Shown here: positions 7,696-17,260 of the stretch, piece by piece
How the letters are laid out: every line of letters begins with the position of its first letter
How positions within the stretch are numbered: the first letter of the stretch is position 1
Source of the DNA: a virus
Taxonomy: Duplodnaviria; Caudoviricetes
IMG/VR virus record: IMGVR_UViG_3300011561_000001
Location: 1-64,000 of that record
Direction: 5' to 3' (one strand)
Length of the DNA stretch: 64,000 bases
Notes under the pieces: generated by a model
Seen by the model: only the letters and a program-made list of their open reading frames with translations
Told to the model about the DNA's origin: nothing
Databases searched by the model: none
Translations under genes and position numbers: made by a program

Positions 7696-8175
7696 TTATG
7701 CATTCAACTCTAAACCGGCTTTAATCATGCTAATGACATCGCTCACAGCTTGCCGTTGCGCATCCTTAAAACCAGAGGCATTAAATTTAATGCTCTCCTG
7801 CTGTTCACCATATTGCCCGGCGTTTACTTCCAAACGCCAAACGTCGCTGCCTTTGTATTTCCACAGCTTCACGTGGTTGTTGTATGGGCTTGTGTCTTCA
7901 TGTAGATGCTTGATCATGTAGACAATTTGATCCTTTGTATGCCTTGTTTCTTCTACTTTGTACCACTCTGCTGCCAAAAGAAACTGAATAGTGTTCACAG
8001 CATCATAAATCTTATAAGAATAATCTGCATCGTTTGTCGATGTTGCACGTTCCACAGCTTCTTCTACTTCCTCGTCTAGCTTGTCGAGGATTGCCAAGGC
8101 TAGGACGTTATCGTCGCAAGTTGCTTTGTGTGCCAGTTGATCGAGGCTGAGAAGGTGCAACATATTGTTGATCAT
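7696..8175 (-). CDS. Hypothetical protein, 159 aa
   Basis: ORF track; promoter TTGACA-16-TAAAAT ~8205-8232. Confidence 0.75.
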   Translation of the reverse strand: MINNMLHLLSLDQLAHKATCDDNVLALAILDKLDEEVEEAVERATSTNDADYSYKIYDAVNTIQFLLAAEWYKVEETRHTKDQIVYMIKHLHEDTSPYNNHVKLWKYKGSDVWRLEVNAGQYGEQQESIKFNASGFKDAQRQAVSDVISMIKAGLELNA

Positions 8176-8239
8176 GACAATGGTTCCTGCTGTTGGTTGG
8201 TAGCGCCCATTTTACAGGGCGCTGATAGGATGTCAATAC

Positions 8240-8536
8240 TTATTTATACTGCTTGGCTAAAAATTCGGTTTGGTCATATCCGAAAAGATTATATTCTTTT
8301 GTGCAGTAATTGTAACCGTTATTGTACATTGGGTTGTTTGGGTCGCCTTCTGAGAAAATGCCGTTTTCGTTGTCACGCTCTATTTCTTTTATGGACTCAA
8401 CAAATGCCTGTTTGTAATGTTGGGTTTTCTCGAAAGCCTCGAATACCGCCTCTGGCACTGTGCGCTTTTCCATCTGTCCTACCTTCTGGATGTTGGTTTG
8501 TGTTTGCATTGTTACCCATCCTTGGGCTTGCGTCAA
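8240..8536 (-). CDS. Hypothetical protein (start uncertain, possibly 8473)
   Basis: ORF track. Confidence 0.6.
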   Translation of the reverse strand: MTQAQGWVTMQTQTNIQKVGQMEKRTVPEAVFEAFEKTQHYKQAFVESIKEIERDNENGIFSEGDPNNPMYNNGYNYCTKEYNLFGYDQTEFLAKQYK

Positions 8537-8538
8537 GC

Positions 8539-8718
8539 ATTATTCCGCGAGTTTTCGGATTCTTTTCGTCTGTCCGTTGTGCATCCGAATGAAATACTCC
8601 GAACCGTTCCACTCCACGAAAAATCCGGTATGATGCCCATCCGGCCTCTCTTCATCAAAACGCTCCAGAATCTTACCTTCACGCCTGATTTGTTTGCTTT
8701 GCTCTTCGATGGTTCGCA
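8539..8718 (-). CDS. Hypothetical protein, 59 aa (MRTIEEQSKQ...)
   Basis: Translated by hand. Confidence 0.55.
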
Positions 8719-8949
8719 TAACGTGATCCCTTGTTTCCGGTGACTTGTAATGTTGCTCTAATCTGGGGTAGATATTGCCTGATTTCTTCCTACCTTGTCA
8801 ACCCCAATGATAGGAAATTTTGCGATTTCTTGTGCTAACAGCAGCCTTTACATAAGCTGCCATCCCATACGGAAAGCTTGTCCGTGTTTCCCTTGTAGCA
8901 GCTTTGTTCACAGAAAGCATAAGACGTTGACGGAAAGACAACGGCTTTT

Positions 8950-9168
8950 TCATTTAATGATTCTACACAAGAAAAATTTACCGGCATTGTCTGGATGATC
9001 TTCCCCTTCACTATCACGAAGAACAACTATCGTTTTTGCCACTCCCAACCCCATAATATATAAAGATTCGTTTAGGGCTGACACGTACGTGTCAAACAGG
9101 TCGGATTCGCAAACCTTCCCAGTGTACTTTTGTTTGTACTGAACCATGTAACGTGCCATTTTAATCAC
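8950..9168 (-). CDS. Hypothetical protein, ~70 aa
   Basis: ORF track; promoter TTGACG-17-CAGAAT upstream (~9196-9224). Confidence 0.6.
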   Translation of the reverse strand: MIKMARYMVQYKQKYTGKVCESDLFDTYVSALNESLYIMGLGVAKTIVVLRDSEGEDHPDNAGKFFLCRIIK

Positions 9169-9257
9169 CTCGCTTGTTTTCGTTTCTGTTGGAACTATTC
9201 TGCCCCAATGTGCCTATGTCGTCAACAGCTTTCTACAAGAAAATTACACAAAAGATT

Positions 9258-9488
9258 CTATTGGTCTTGGCTCTTCAATAGCTTAAGCTTATCAGCAGCC
9301 TCTGTATGTGACACTAAGCGCTCCATAGCTTCTAGCTGGCGTTGCTGTTGTGCATATTCAAGCTTTCTGTTACTATGAGCGTTAGCCAATAGACGCCAAA
9401 TATAGATGATGATCAACAATCCACCCGTTAGGAAAATCATTAGAATATGTAGGATGTGCCATGTAGACTTCATTTTGTTTGTCCTCAC
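9258..9488 (-). CDS. Small membrane protein, 76 aa
   Basis: HILHILMIFLTGGLLIIIYIW TM segment followed by a coiled coil. Confidence 0.7.
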   Translation of the reverse strand: MRTNKMKSTWHILHILMIFLTGGLLIIIYIWRLLANAHSNRKLEYAQQQRQLEAMERLVSHTEAADKLKLLKSQDQ

Positions 9489-9739
9489 GAATTAGCGTCA
9501 ATACCCAGCTCTTCTAGATAGGCAGTCACTCGTTCTTTTTGGGCAATGAGTGCTTCCATTATAACAGACCGATCAAACTGCACTTTTCGTGCATAGGTGC
9601 TGACGTATTCAAATGTGCAATAAGCTGGACCGGGTTTATCCTCCTTGTAAAAATCAATCAGCGTGTTGAGTTCGTCAAGTGCATCAATTGTCAGTTTCAG
9701 GTTTACAAGTGCTGTGCGGTTTTCTGAAAGCTTAATCAT
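9485..9739 (-). CDS. Hypothetical protein, 84 aa
   Basis: ORF track; coupled with the next gene. Confidence 0.7.
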   Translation of the reverse strand: MIKLSENRTALVNLKLTIDALDELNTLIDFYKEDKPGPAYCTFEYVSTYARKVQFDRSVIMEALIAQKERVTAYLEELGIDANS

Positions 9740-9752
9740 TACTTCACCCCCC

Positions 9753-10481
9753 TCAAAACAAAATTACAAACGTTATAAAGCTTAGGACAACGCCCCCAAT
9801 ATAAGGACTAAGCTTTTCTTTGTCAACAGACAATTTCTTATTTAGTGCTGATTTTACTATGTCTTTTAGCTTCTTGTGTGTAAGGATGAAGACGTTTCCA
9901 CCTTCCCACCAATCGCGTTTTTGTGTGCTGTTTTTCCCTACTATCTCTGGTCTATCTTGCCATTCTGGCAGCATTTCATCATCTGTTGATTCATCAGGAT
10001 CAACCCCAAGAGCCTTACAACGAGATTTCCATGCTCTGTGTCTCTTTTGTTCCAAAGCGAAGATCAGTTGTTTAAATTCTTCCTCGCTTATCTCTTCATT
10101 CTCAAAAGTTTTGTAAAGCTCAGCCTCTTGCTTGTCCAAACGATCAAGCGTGCGTTCCTGCGGGACAATTTGATGTGCGATAGGGGTTGTTTTCTTAGAT
10201 GGGCTTTTCTTTTGGTTAAGACCTAAAGCTTCATCACTAAAAGCTTTAATGTTTGGCTTTCCGTCTTTTGTCCAGACGTCAGGCTTGATAATCTCATCAG
10301 CCGACTGAGCTTTACGGAGTTCCCAGTACGCACTCCCTGCAAGGTTTCTCACTTCTCTTGTCAATGGGTTACGCCACTGTCTTCCGTTTCTCGACAAACC
10401 TTCCCAGTCTTCTTGTGTCCCATCTTCACACGTAGCACCAACGCCAGACCTGAATCCGTAACCCCTTGGAATGCTGATCAT
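9753..10481 (-). CDS. Hypothetical protein, 242 aa, with C-terminal TM anchor
   Basis: ORF track; ends YIGGVVLSFITFVILF; promoter TTGACT-17-TATTCT ~10520-10549. Confidence 0.75.
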   Translation of the reverse strand: MISIPRGYGFRSGVGATCEDGTQEDWEGLSRNGRQWRNPLTREVRNLAGSAYWELRKAQSADEIIKPDVWTKDGKPNIKAFSDEALGLNQKKSPSKKTTPIAHQIVPQERTLDRLDKQEAELYKTFENEEISEEEFKQLIFALEQKRHRAWKSRCKALGVDPDESTDDEMLPEWQDRPEIVGKNSTQKRDWWEGGNVFILTHKKLKDIVKSALNKKLSVDKEKLSPYIGGVVLSFITFVILF

Positions 10482-10588
10482 TTTATTTTCCTCTTACAGC
10501 TAAATTGCTTTGTTGTGCCTAGAATAAAAGAAAAGCTCCGAGGAGTCAACCAAGGAGCTTATGAAAATAATCTATTGATTATGCCTCT

Positions 10589-10846
10589 TTAATTACTTCC
10601 CCACCAGCCAAGCTCAATAGCACTCTCAAGAGCTTTGATTAGGTTTTGCGCATCCTCTTTAGAATCCAAGATAACGTTTGTGCATTCCCCATCGCGCTGA
10701 CGAGCCTCACCAGATGAATTCAGATAAACACAATCGTTTTCAGGAATAAGCTGAAGCTCCACCACCGATTCGTAATCGTCGCCATCTGCAAACTTGATAA
10801 TAGTTACAACTTCTTCTTTGCTTGTACGAATGTCAATAGAACGCAT
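10589..10846 (-). CDS. Hypothetical protein, 85 aa
   Basis: ORF track; AAGGAG SD upstream. Confidence 0.75.
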   Translation of the reverse strand: MRSIDIRTSKEEVVTIIKFADGDDYESVVELQLIPENDCVYLNSSGEARQRDGECTNVILDSKEDAQNLIKALESAIELGWWGSN

Positions 10847-10861
10847 TATGTCTCTCCTTAA

Positions 10862-10993
10862 TTAGTCAGCCGATTGCCAGCGGTTGTTACGATTCTTGCG
10901 AAGCTCACGGAAGTTTTTATGTTCCTTTCGCTCTTTCTGCTTGCTATTGCTATATTCGTTGTGTTGCTCTTGTGCATTCATGCGGATTTTCAT
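10862..10993 (-). CDS. Basic hypothetical protein, 43 aa (MKIRMNAQEQ...)
   Basis: Translated by hand; AAGGA SD upstream. Confidence 0.6.
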   Translation of the reverse strand: MKIRMNAQEQHNEYSNSKQKERKEHKNFRELRKNRNNRWQSAD

Positions 10994-11174
10994 TTCTATA
11001 ATTCCTTAAAAGCTCTTTGTTGTGTATTGTGTTTTCTTACTGGTTAATATATCTGTTCTTTAATTTTAAGTACAGTGATACCAATAAACTTCCACCGTGT
11101 TACCAAGTACTTTTTTGTAAGTACACGATGCTCAAACTCGACAACCACTAGTTTGGAAATCATCTTATTTCTCC

Positions 11175-11426
11175 TCAATACATTTTCGTCTGTTTAAGCT
11201 GCTTTTCTCGGGCAGTTGAGATATTCTGAATCAACTGCATTCCTTTGTCAACAGCTTTCTTTGCTTTTTCTTCATCTTTGAACATGTCTCGGGCGTCATA
11301 AGAAAGCTGAGCTGTGGCCCATGCTCGCCAATAGCCCAAGTCATAAGCGTTGATGGCCTTAGAAATATATTGTAGATTTTTGTATACGTTCCAAGCTGCT
11401 GATAGGTGTTGATTATAACCTAGCAT
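11175..11426 (-). CDS. Hypothetical protein, 83 aa
   Basis: ORF track. Confidence 0.65.
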   Translation of the reverse strand: MLGYNQHLSAAWNVYKNLQYISKAINAYDLGYWRAWATAQLSYDARDMFKDEEKAKKAVDKGMQLIQNISTAREKQLKQTKMY

Positions 11427-11428
11427 AG

Positions 11429-11641
11429 CTATTCTCCCACTGTAAACAATTTATCTTCAAAATCTTTAAGGGCTTGGACATATCCCTTATCCTCATCATC
11501 TTGGGGCTGGCTTTTGTCTGCAAAAGCCCCCTCCCAATGGTTCAAATGTTGCACAAGAACACTATACCCAAGCTTTATTGCATGTTCACAATCCTCGACT
11601 CCCAGCTCATAGCCTTCTTTGTATTCTGTAGATGTGCTCAT
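11429..11641 (-). CDS. Hypothetical protein, 70 aa
   Basis: ORF track. Confidence 0.7.
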   Translation of the reverse strand: MSTSTEYKEGYELGVEDCEHAIKLGYSVLVQHLNHWEGAFADKSQPQDDEDKGYVQALKDFEDKLFTVGE

Positions 11642-11893
11642 ATCACATTCCTAATTCAATTTCAGCTTGTTTTAGAAGGCTTCCCAATGAAGCTGACCAC
11701 AGAATAGGCTCTTTCTTATCATCCGTCAAGCTAAAGATTGTCCAGAGCCTATCAATCTTTTCTATGGAAAACCCTGCTTCAATAAGCATATTGTATAGCT
11801 TAGATGAATATGTGTTCATTTAAAATCCTTACAAGCTTGTGGATATTGTCAATTTTCAGGGATGTTACATGCTTTTCCTTATGATTGCAAGGA

Positions 11894-12169
11894 TTATTTT
11901 AAGCCCTGAAGAAATTCCTCGCAGCAAGTACGCAGGGCTTTCAGCACATCTTCACAGCTCCGACCTTGTGCAATCTCAATAAACTCTTCCGGGTCGCCAT
12001 CCTCATCTTCTAAACCTGTGTCAGCATAGACAACAAAATCACCACCAATCTCTTCCATGCTGATTGTAACACCGTTAGCAATAAAGAACTCCTCATCTTC
12101 TTTATTGATCTTCGTAAGATTAAGAATTTCTTTGTAACCACTTGGTGCTTTATAAAATGTGACTTTCAT
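11894..12169 (-). CDS. Acidic hypothetical protein, 91 aa
   Basis: ORF track; GGAGG SD upstream. Confidence 0.75.
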   Translation of the reverse strand: MKVTFYKAPSGYKEILNLTKINKEDEEFFIANGVTISMEEIGGDFVVYADTGLEDEDGDPEEFIEIAQGRSCEDVLKALRTCCEEFLQGLK

Positions 12170-12287
12170 TTCTTAGCCTCCAGAATTTGAATACGTTCAG
12201 AGAGTTGCGCAATCTTCTCATTTTGTTCGATATTACCTATACCCGCAATAATAAGGCTAATACCCAGTAGCACTATTGGGAGTGTGT

Positions 12288-12494
12288 TCATTTAGTCAAC
12301 ACCTCAATCAGCCGGTCCTTGTTGTCGATAATTCCTTTTACAATATCGTCTTCATCCAAGTCCCGATAATAGAACGAATGCACAATACTTTCAACAGCTT
12401 TTTCAAACTGAATTTCGTTCTCGTATTCCTCAGCCTCTTCTTTTGTATCAAACAAATGCCCACAAGAGTGCCACATCGTCACTTGCTCAACCAT
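12288..12494 (-). CDS. Hypothetical protein, 68 aa
   Basis: ORF track; GGAGG SD upstream. Confidence 0.7.
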   Translation of the reverse strand: MVEQVTMWHSCGHLFDTKEEAEEYENEIQFEKAVESIVHSFYYRDLDEDDIVKGIIDNKDRLIEVLTK

Positions 12495-12794
12495 TTTCTA
12501 TTCCTCCAAAAGTATCAGTTGTTTGGCATACTTTACAATGCGTTTTGTGTCGTTGTCAAGAATACTTTGCTTGAGATTTGCTTTTGTGTCTGCAATCTTG
12601 ACAGCTTTTGTAATTGCGAATTCTCGTGCTTTATTAGACATTTTCATTCCTCCTCTACGCCAAAATGTGGTTCTTATACACTGTCCCGTCTTGTTTGAAG
12701 CTTACAGTCACTGGCACCAGTGTGTCAACCCCAAAACGCTTACGGAAACAATCTCCCATCGTCTGAATGAGAAGTTCTTCATATTTTTCTGCCA

Positions 12795-13535
12795 CTACGA
12801 AGCTAGGCACCTTTCCATCTCCTCTTTACAAGCCACTGAACACGCTTCAAAATCGAGGAGTAACTTAGCCGATGGCGTGACCTTGCACCTTTTCCTCTTA
12901 GCTAGGGGGTTTGTGGAGTCTATTAGGACGGACTCTATATACCCAAGACGCAACAAAATTTCCTCGGCACGAAGTATAGAGTGAACAGAGACTTTTTTGT
13001 TGCTAAAAACGAAACTTCTACTCCTTGGGTATGTTAGGCTACAATCTAACATTGCTGCTCCTATCAGGTTGCCCAATAAAAGGTTTATGGACGTAAGCTG
13101 TCTCTTACTTATTTTCTCTCCCATGCGCTGAACGGGACGGAGGGTGTTGCAAATTTCCCTCTTTACCTTAAAATTCATCATAATCGGCAAACAATCTTCG
13201 TGTTCAGCTTGTTTAATCCTCTGCTCGGAGGATTCGCGCCTCAACTTTTCATACACCCTGTTGGTTATTCGGGTGTCATTAGATTTTGAGAATTTACCAC
13301 ACAAAAACAAAACAGCCCACAAAAGCCCTTTCTCGTTTGGGTGTATCTTATTCAAAAGTCGGTGCGCAATAAAATGTTCTCTTGCAGTTAAGAGAATTAA
13401 GTTATCTTTGTTGTCACTACCTCCAAGACATTTAGGAATTATGTGGTGACACTCGTAATAATCTGCCTTTGACTTTTCTCTTTTTAGATTAATCCTCGTA
13501 GAAATTAACTTTGCATAGTGCTTTCTATAATCCAC
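12795..13535 (-). CDS. Free-standing HNH endonuclease (T4 Mob-like N-terminus) with a basic C-terminal domain
   Basis: ECHHIIPKCLGGSDNKDNLILLTAREHFIAHRLL motif. Confidence 0.8.
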   Translation of the reverse strand: MDYRKHYAKLISTRINLKREKSKADYYECHHIIPKCLGGSDNKDNLILLTAREHFIAHRLLNKIHPNEKGLLWAVLFLCGKFSKSNDTRITNRVYEKLRRESSEQRIKQAEHEDCLPIMMNFKVKREICNTLRPVQRMGEKISKRQLTSINLLLGNLIGAAMLDCSLTYPRSRSFVFSNKKVSVHSILRAEEILLRLGYIESVLIDSTNPLAKRKRCKVTPSAKLLLDFEACSVACKEEMERCLAS

Positions 13536-14388
13536 TCCGTCTCCTTAAATTTTAGATAAACCTACCCTCTCTCATTCCCTGCAACTACCCAGCAGGCACC
13601 AATGCGCCCACTTGAATACACTCAGTATTCTAAGGATAATCACATCTGCTCAGTAAAGCAGAAGGAGAACAAGATTCTATCTCTCAAGGCACACAGCATT
13701 GCCTTAACCACCTTGCCCGTAGGTGGCATTCCCTTGGTGACTTAACCCTCACCACTATAAGACGCTACGACTGTCTCAGGTATTCGCGTCAAACAGGCAG
13801 AAAACAAATTTCTTTCTTTTCTTACGGGCCTTCTCTTTCGAGATTCCATTATGCAGGTCACTGGTTGACAGAGGTCGTCATTGCCAGCACTAACTTTTCA
13901 GTATCCGTCATTTGTCTCAACAATTGCTTCCGTGCAATCTAAACAAATCGGTTTGTGTCAGGTTTTGCTTTTGGTCGCTGAACCGAGGGAACCATGCCGA
14001 AACGCCTCTTTGAATCTATGGGTGAATAGTACCACGGAAAAATGTATGTGCAACCATCTTTACACAATCTTTACATTCAGGCCGCGTATTACAAATTTCC
14101 ACCCAGCCTTAGTACCGGGACGGGGTTAAAATTTACAATAAAATGCTCTCCAGCCTTAGTGCTGCAAGGGTTCCAGAGAAAAACCCAGAACACAAATTCA
14201 GAAAAATGCCTATAAAATCACCACCAATTCTCCACCCTCCTCCCCTAAATGTCAACACACCACCCCCTACAATTTCCTCTATCATGCTCTGCATTCTCGA
14301 TAGAAATTTACAATTATGCTTTTTGAGATGTTGATGTAGAATATGCCCAACACAAACAAATGCAAGAGAGCTTGCGAGGAGAGAAGAT
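13536..14388. other. ~850-bp non-coding gap between divergent arms; candidate replication origin or ncRNA
   Basis: No credible ORF. 11-bp direct repeat CCAGCCTTAGT (14103, 14150) flanks an AT-rich stretch. Leftward promoter at 14227-14255. Confidence 0.45.
14227..14255 (-). promoter_or_regulatory. Leftward promoter firing into the non-coding gap
   Basis: TTGACA-17-GAGAAT. Confidence 0.55.
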
Positions 14389-14862
14389 ATGGGAATGTAC
14401 ACAGGGCTTCGTGGCAGGATTCTTCTGAAGGACAATGAGCTGACTTCTGCCTTGATTGAAAAAGATTTTCAATGGGGAGAAGTTGCCTCTGTTTATTTTG
14501 ATGAGACTGTCTCAGCTTGGGCAAACGTAGGGCGTTGCAATTTCATTCCGAATGGGGCTGTCTGCTACATGCCTGCAAACTGGTCAGAGGGCTGGTCTGT
14601 TGAAGGTAATGTGCTATTCTTCACCTGCTCCCTCAAAAACTACAACAATGAGATTGAAACCTTTATCACCTACGTACTGCCCCACATAGCAGAGGCTTGG
14701 AACCTTGAGAAGCTGTACGAAGAATCTCCGTATAGCACACTGATCTCTAGTCATCAAGGACAGGTTGATAATTTTAATAGTTGTAAGTATTATGATGACT
14801 ACACAGGAGAGAAGCTTGAACAGCTTCCGTATACAGATGTATTCTCATTGGGGCTAAAATGA
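14389..14862 (+). CDS. Phage hypothetical protein, 157 aa (MGMYTGLRG...)
   Basis: ORF track; GAGGAG SD upstream. Confidence 0.8.
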   Translation: MGMYTGLRGRILLKDNELTSALIEKDFQWGEVASVYFDETVSAWANVGRCNFIPNGAVCYMPANWSEGWSVEGNVLFFTCSLKNYNNEIETFITYVLPHIAEAWNLEKLYEESPYSTLISSHQGQVDNFNSCKYYDDYTGEKLEQLPYTDVFSLGLK

Positions 14863-15926
14863 AACAACGTAACATTGTCAAGAAACACACATTCTCCTTC
14901 AACAAGCCTAAAATTGAGCTTGACAAGAAGAAGGAATCACGTAAAAATGGCCATACAGATGAGCAAAGAAGCTCGTCATCAACTGATGCTGGAGGAAGAA
15001 GAATGAAATTTGAGCATGCTCAAAACACTCTCAAATACAAAGTGGGTGATGTTGTTGTACTGGCAGAGAATGTGGACCAGAATGATGAACAAACATTTAT
15101 CCCGGGTGCTTTGGTGGAGATTAAAGTGATTCCTGACGACGAACACTATACAGTAGCACTTAAAAACGACCCCTCCGATATCTGGTGGGTTACTGATGAC
15201 GAGATTAATCACGAAGCTACAGCATTGCTTCAAACGTCAAACAAAAGTGGCTATTTAGTGCAGAAAATCAGTGTAGAAAACGACGTTGTGTCTTCTGCTG
15301 TAAACACTTCTGACAACGAGGAAAATGCGATGGAATTTAAGGTAGGGAATAGGGTGGAGTTGGTGACAGGATGCTACGAACCATCAGTCCCAAAAGGCTC
15401 TATCCTAAATGTTGTAAAAGATGGTACACTTGGTTCCTATTGGATCAATCAAAACAGTGTCGAGGTTTCAATGCTCAACGCATATTCGCAAGAGTTTAAG
15501 CTTATGAAAGATACCCCAAAAGCTCAAGACAATTCGTGGTATGAAAATGGTGAGCTTCCTCCGGTTGGGACAAAGTGTGTTTTCTTTTCTGATGACTTTG
15601 AGAATGAAGATTATTGGAATCAAGACTTGACGAATGAGTGCGAGGTAGAAATCTTAGCCCACTTTAAGAGTGATAAGAGTTTCCCTGAAAACGACGTTGC
15701 TGCGTTTGTCTTTGAGTATAAAGGAGGGAACTATCAAGTTGAGCAAGCTATTGCTGGCTGCTTCCGTCCAATCCAAACACCTGAGCAGATTGCAGCGCAG
15801 GAGCGAAAGAAGGTTATTGATGCTATCTCGGACGTGTTGATTGAAACCGAACGTATGTCTAGTTATACTGATGTGGCTGCACACCTTTATGAGTCAGGTC
15901 TTCGTTTTGTAGAGGAGGAGGAGTGA
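14859..15926 (+). CDS. Multidomain hypothetical protein with two (Y/F)KVG beta-barrel-like repeats (start possibly 15003)
   Basis: YKVGDVVVL and FKVGNRVEL repeats. Confidence 0.75.
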   Translation: MKQRNIVKKHTFSFNKPKIELDKKKESRKNGHTDEQRSSSSTDAGGRRMKFEHAQNTLKYKVGDVVVLAENVDQNDEQTFIPGALVEIKVIPDDEHYTVALKNDPSDIWWVTDDEINHEATALLQTSNKSGYLVQKISVENDVVSSAVNTSDNEENAMEFKVGNRVELVTGCYEPSVPKGSILNVVKDGTLGSYWINQNSVEVSMLNAYSQEFKLMKDTPKAQDNSWYENGELPPVGTKCVFFSDDFENEDYWNQDLTNECEVEILAHFKSDKSFPENDVAAFVFEYKGGNYQVEQAIAGCFRPIQTPEQIAAQERKKVIDAISDVLIETERMSSYTDVAAHLYESGLRFVEEEE

Positions 15927-15927
15927 A

Positions 15928-16371
15928 ATGGAAATTGATATCAGCCAGTACCTGAGTGAAGAGGATAAGAAGTCTATTGCTATTGAGGAATATCGCAACG
16001 CGATGCGTCAGCTTGTGCAGGTAGATAAAGAGCGAATCCTTTCGAATTGCGCCTACACAGTTGTGCAGAAACTCGTGGATGACGCATTTAATGAAGACCT
16101 AAATACGATCCTTGTTGACAAGATCAAAGACATTATTAGCAACTTGTCCCCTTATTCTGTATTTAAGCGTAAGGATGCTTGGGACAAGGATGAATCTAAG
16201 GGTCACAAATATCTCGAAAGTGCAGTGGAGGACAACAAACAGCTTATCGAGATTAAGGTGCAAGATATTATCGCAGAGCTAGATGTATCAAACTTCCACT
16301 ACAAGCTTGAGGAATTGATGTACAATGTGGTTGAGAATCGCCTGCTTGGTAGGAGCTTTCAAAATGAATGA
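15928..16371 (+). CDS. Hypothetical helical protein, 147 aa
   Basis: ORF track; GGAGGAG SD upstream. Confidence 0.8.
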   Translation: MEIDISQYLSEEDKKSIAIEEYRNAMRQLVQVDKERILSNCAYTVVQKLVDDAFNEDLNTILVDKIKDIISNLSPYSVFKRKDAWDKDESKGHKYLESAVEDNKQLIEIKVQDIIAELDVSNFHYKLEELMYNVVENRLLGRSFQNE

Positions 16372-16546
16372 CGATATGCAACAATGGCTTCCTGTAGCAG
16401 AGCACCTAAAGAATATTTCTTTGTCTGGCCTGTACACATTTAAAGATATTATTGAAGCTGAAATTGCTATTAGGCAGGGATCGTTTTATAATGAAGATGG
16501 GTCTACTGAAAAGAAGCCAGCTATTAAATTGGAGGTGGTGAAGTAA
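16364..16546 (+). CDS. Hypothetical protein, 60 aa
   Basis: Internal ATG with AGGAG SD. Confidence 0.65.
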   Translation: MNDDMQQWLPVAEHLKNISLSGLYTFKDIIEAEIAIRQGSFYNEDGSTEKKPAIKLEVVK

Positions 16547-16737
16547 TGCAACAGACATTCCATAAATCAAAATCCTCCCTTCTTCGTGAGATTGATATGT
16601 ATTTGAAGAACGGAGGAACACAGATTGCTGCTTGTATTTCAGAGGATGAGAAAGGAGCTACAGGCTATTTGTTTTCTCGTCCATTTGTTGTTAAGATGGT
16701 GGAACAAATCGATCTAGAGGATGAAGGCTATGTTTGA
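16546..16737 (+). CDS. Hypothetical protein, 63 aa
   Basis: TAATG coupling; GGAGGT SD. Confidence 0.7.
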   Translation: MQQTFHKSKSSLLREIDMYLKNGGTQIAACISEDEKGATGYLFSRPFVVKMVEQIDLEDEGYV

Positions 16738-17002
16738 AGCTTTCTTGATTACGTTGATTGTTGTTGGGTATTTTGTGGTGTTCTTTTTCTTGCTGACGCA
16801 ATTACTGTATGACAGCAAGGCTGCAATGGTTGGCTTTGTGTTTTGGTGTGGCCTTGGTGTGTTCTTCCTGCTCTATGCTGGAATGGAAGAATCTAAACGT
16901 GGCCCTTGTGTTGAATGGCAAACACAAATGATGTACAATGCTGCTACGAAAATGATGCAGCCAGCTAAATTCTGTGTACAACATGGAGAATGGGAGGAAT
17001 AA
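16730..17002 (+). CDS. Membrane protein with two TM segments
   Basis: Two hydrophobic segments. Confidence 0.7.
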   Translation: MFEAFLITLIVVGYFVVFFFLLTQLLYDSKAAMVGFVFWCGLGVFFLLYAGMEESKRGPCVEWQTQMMYNAATKMMQPAKFCVQHGEWEE

Positions 17003-17004
17003 TT

Positions 17005-17241
17005 ATGGAAATTAATATTTTAAAGGGCTTCCGTCAATATTCTCCAGAGGACCTTCGCTCCTATGCCTATCGTGGATTGATTACTTGTGGCTCCTATGAC
17101 ATGAGCGATTTCCTTGAACACATCTTTCAGGGGATGATTTCTGAAGATGAGGCTGAGAGAATTGCTGAGAAGGCTAATGAAGAAGGGTATGAGGTGGGGT
17201 ATAGTGAGGGCTGGAATGCCTGTGAGATTGATCGAGATTAA
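17005..17241 (+). CDS. Hypothetical protein, 78 aa
   Basis: GGAGG SD upstream. Confidence 0.7.
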   Translation: MEINILKGFRQYSPEDLRSYAYRGLITCGSYDMSDFLEHIFQGMISEDEAERIAEKANEEGYEVGYSEGWNACEIDRD

Positions 17242-17260
17242 ATATTGATAGGGGGTTGGG

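Noticed and set aside
13536-14388. Possible tRNA cluster
   Set aside because: No GGTTCGAA T-loop or cloverleaf found by eye; any tRNAs may lie outside the window.
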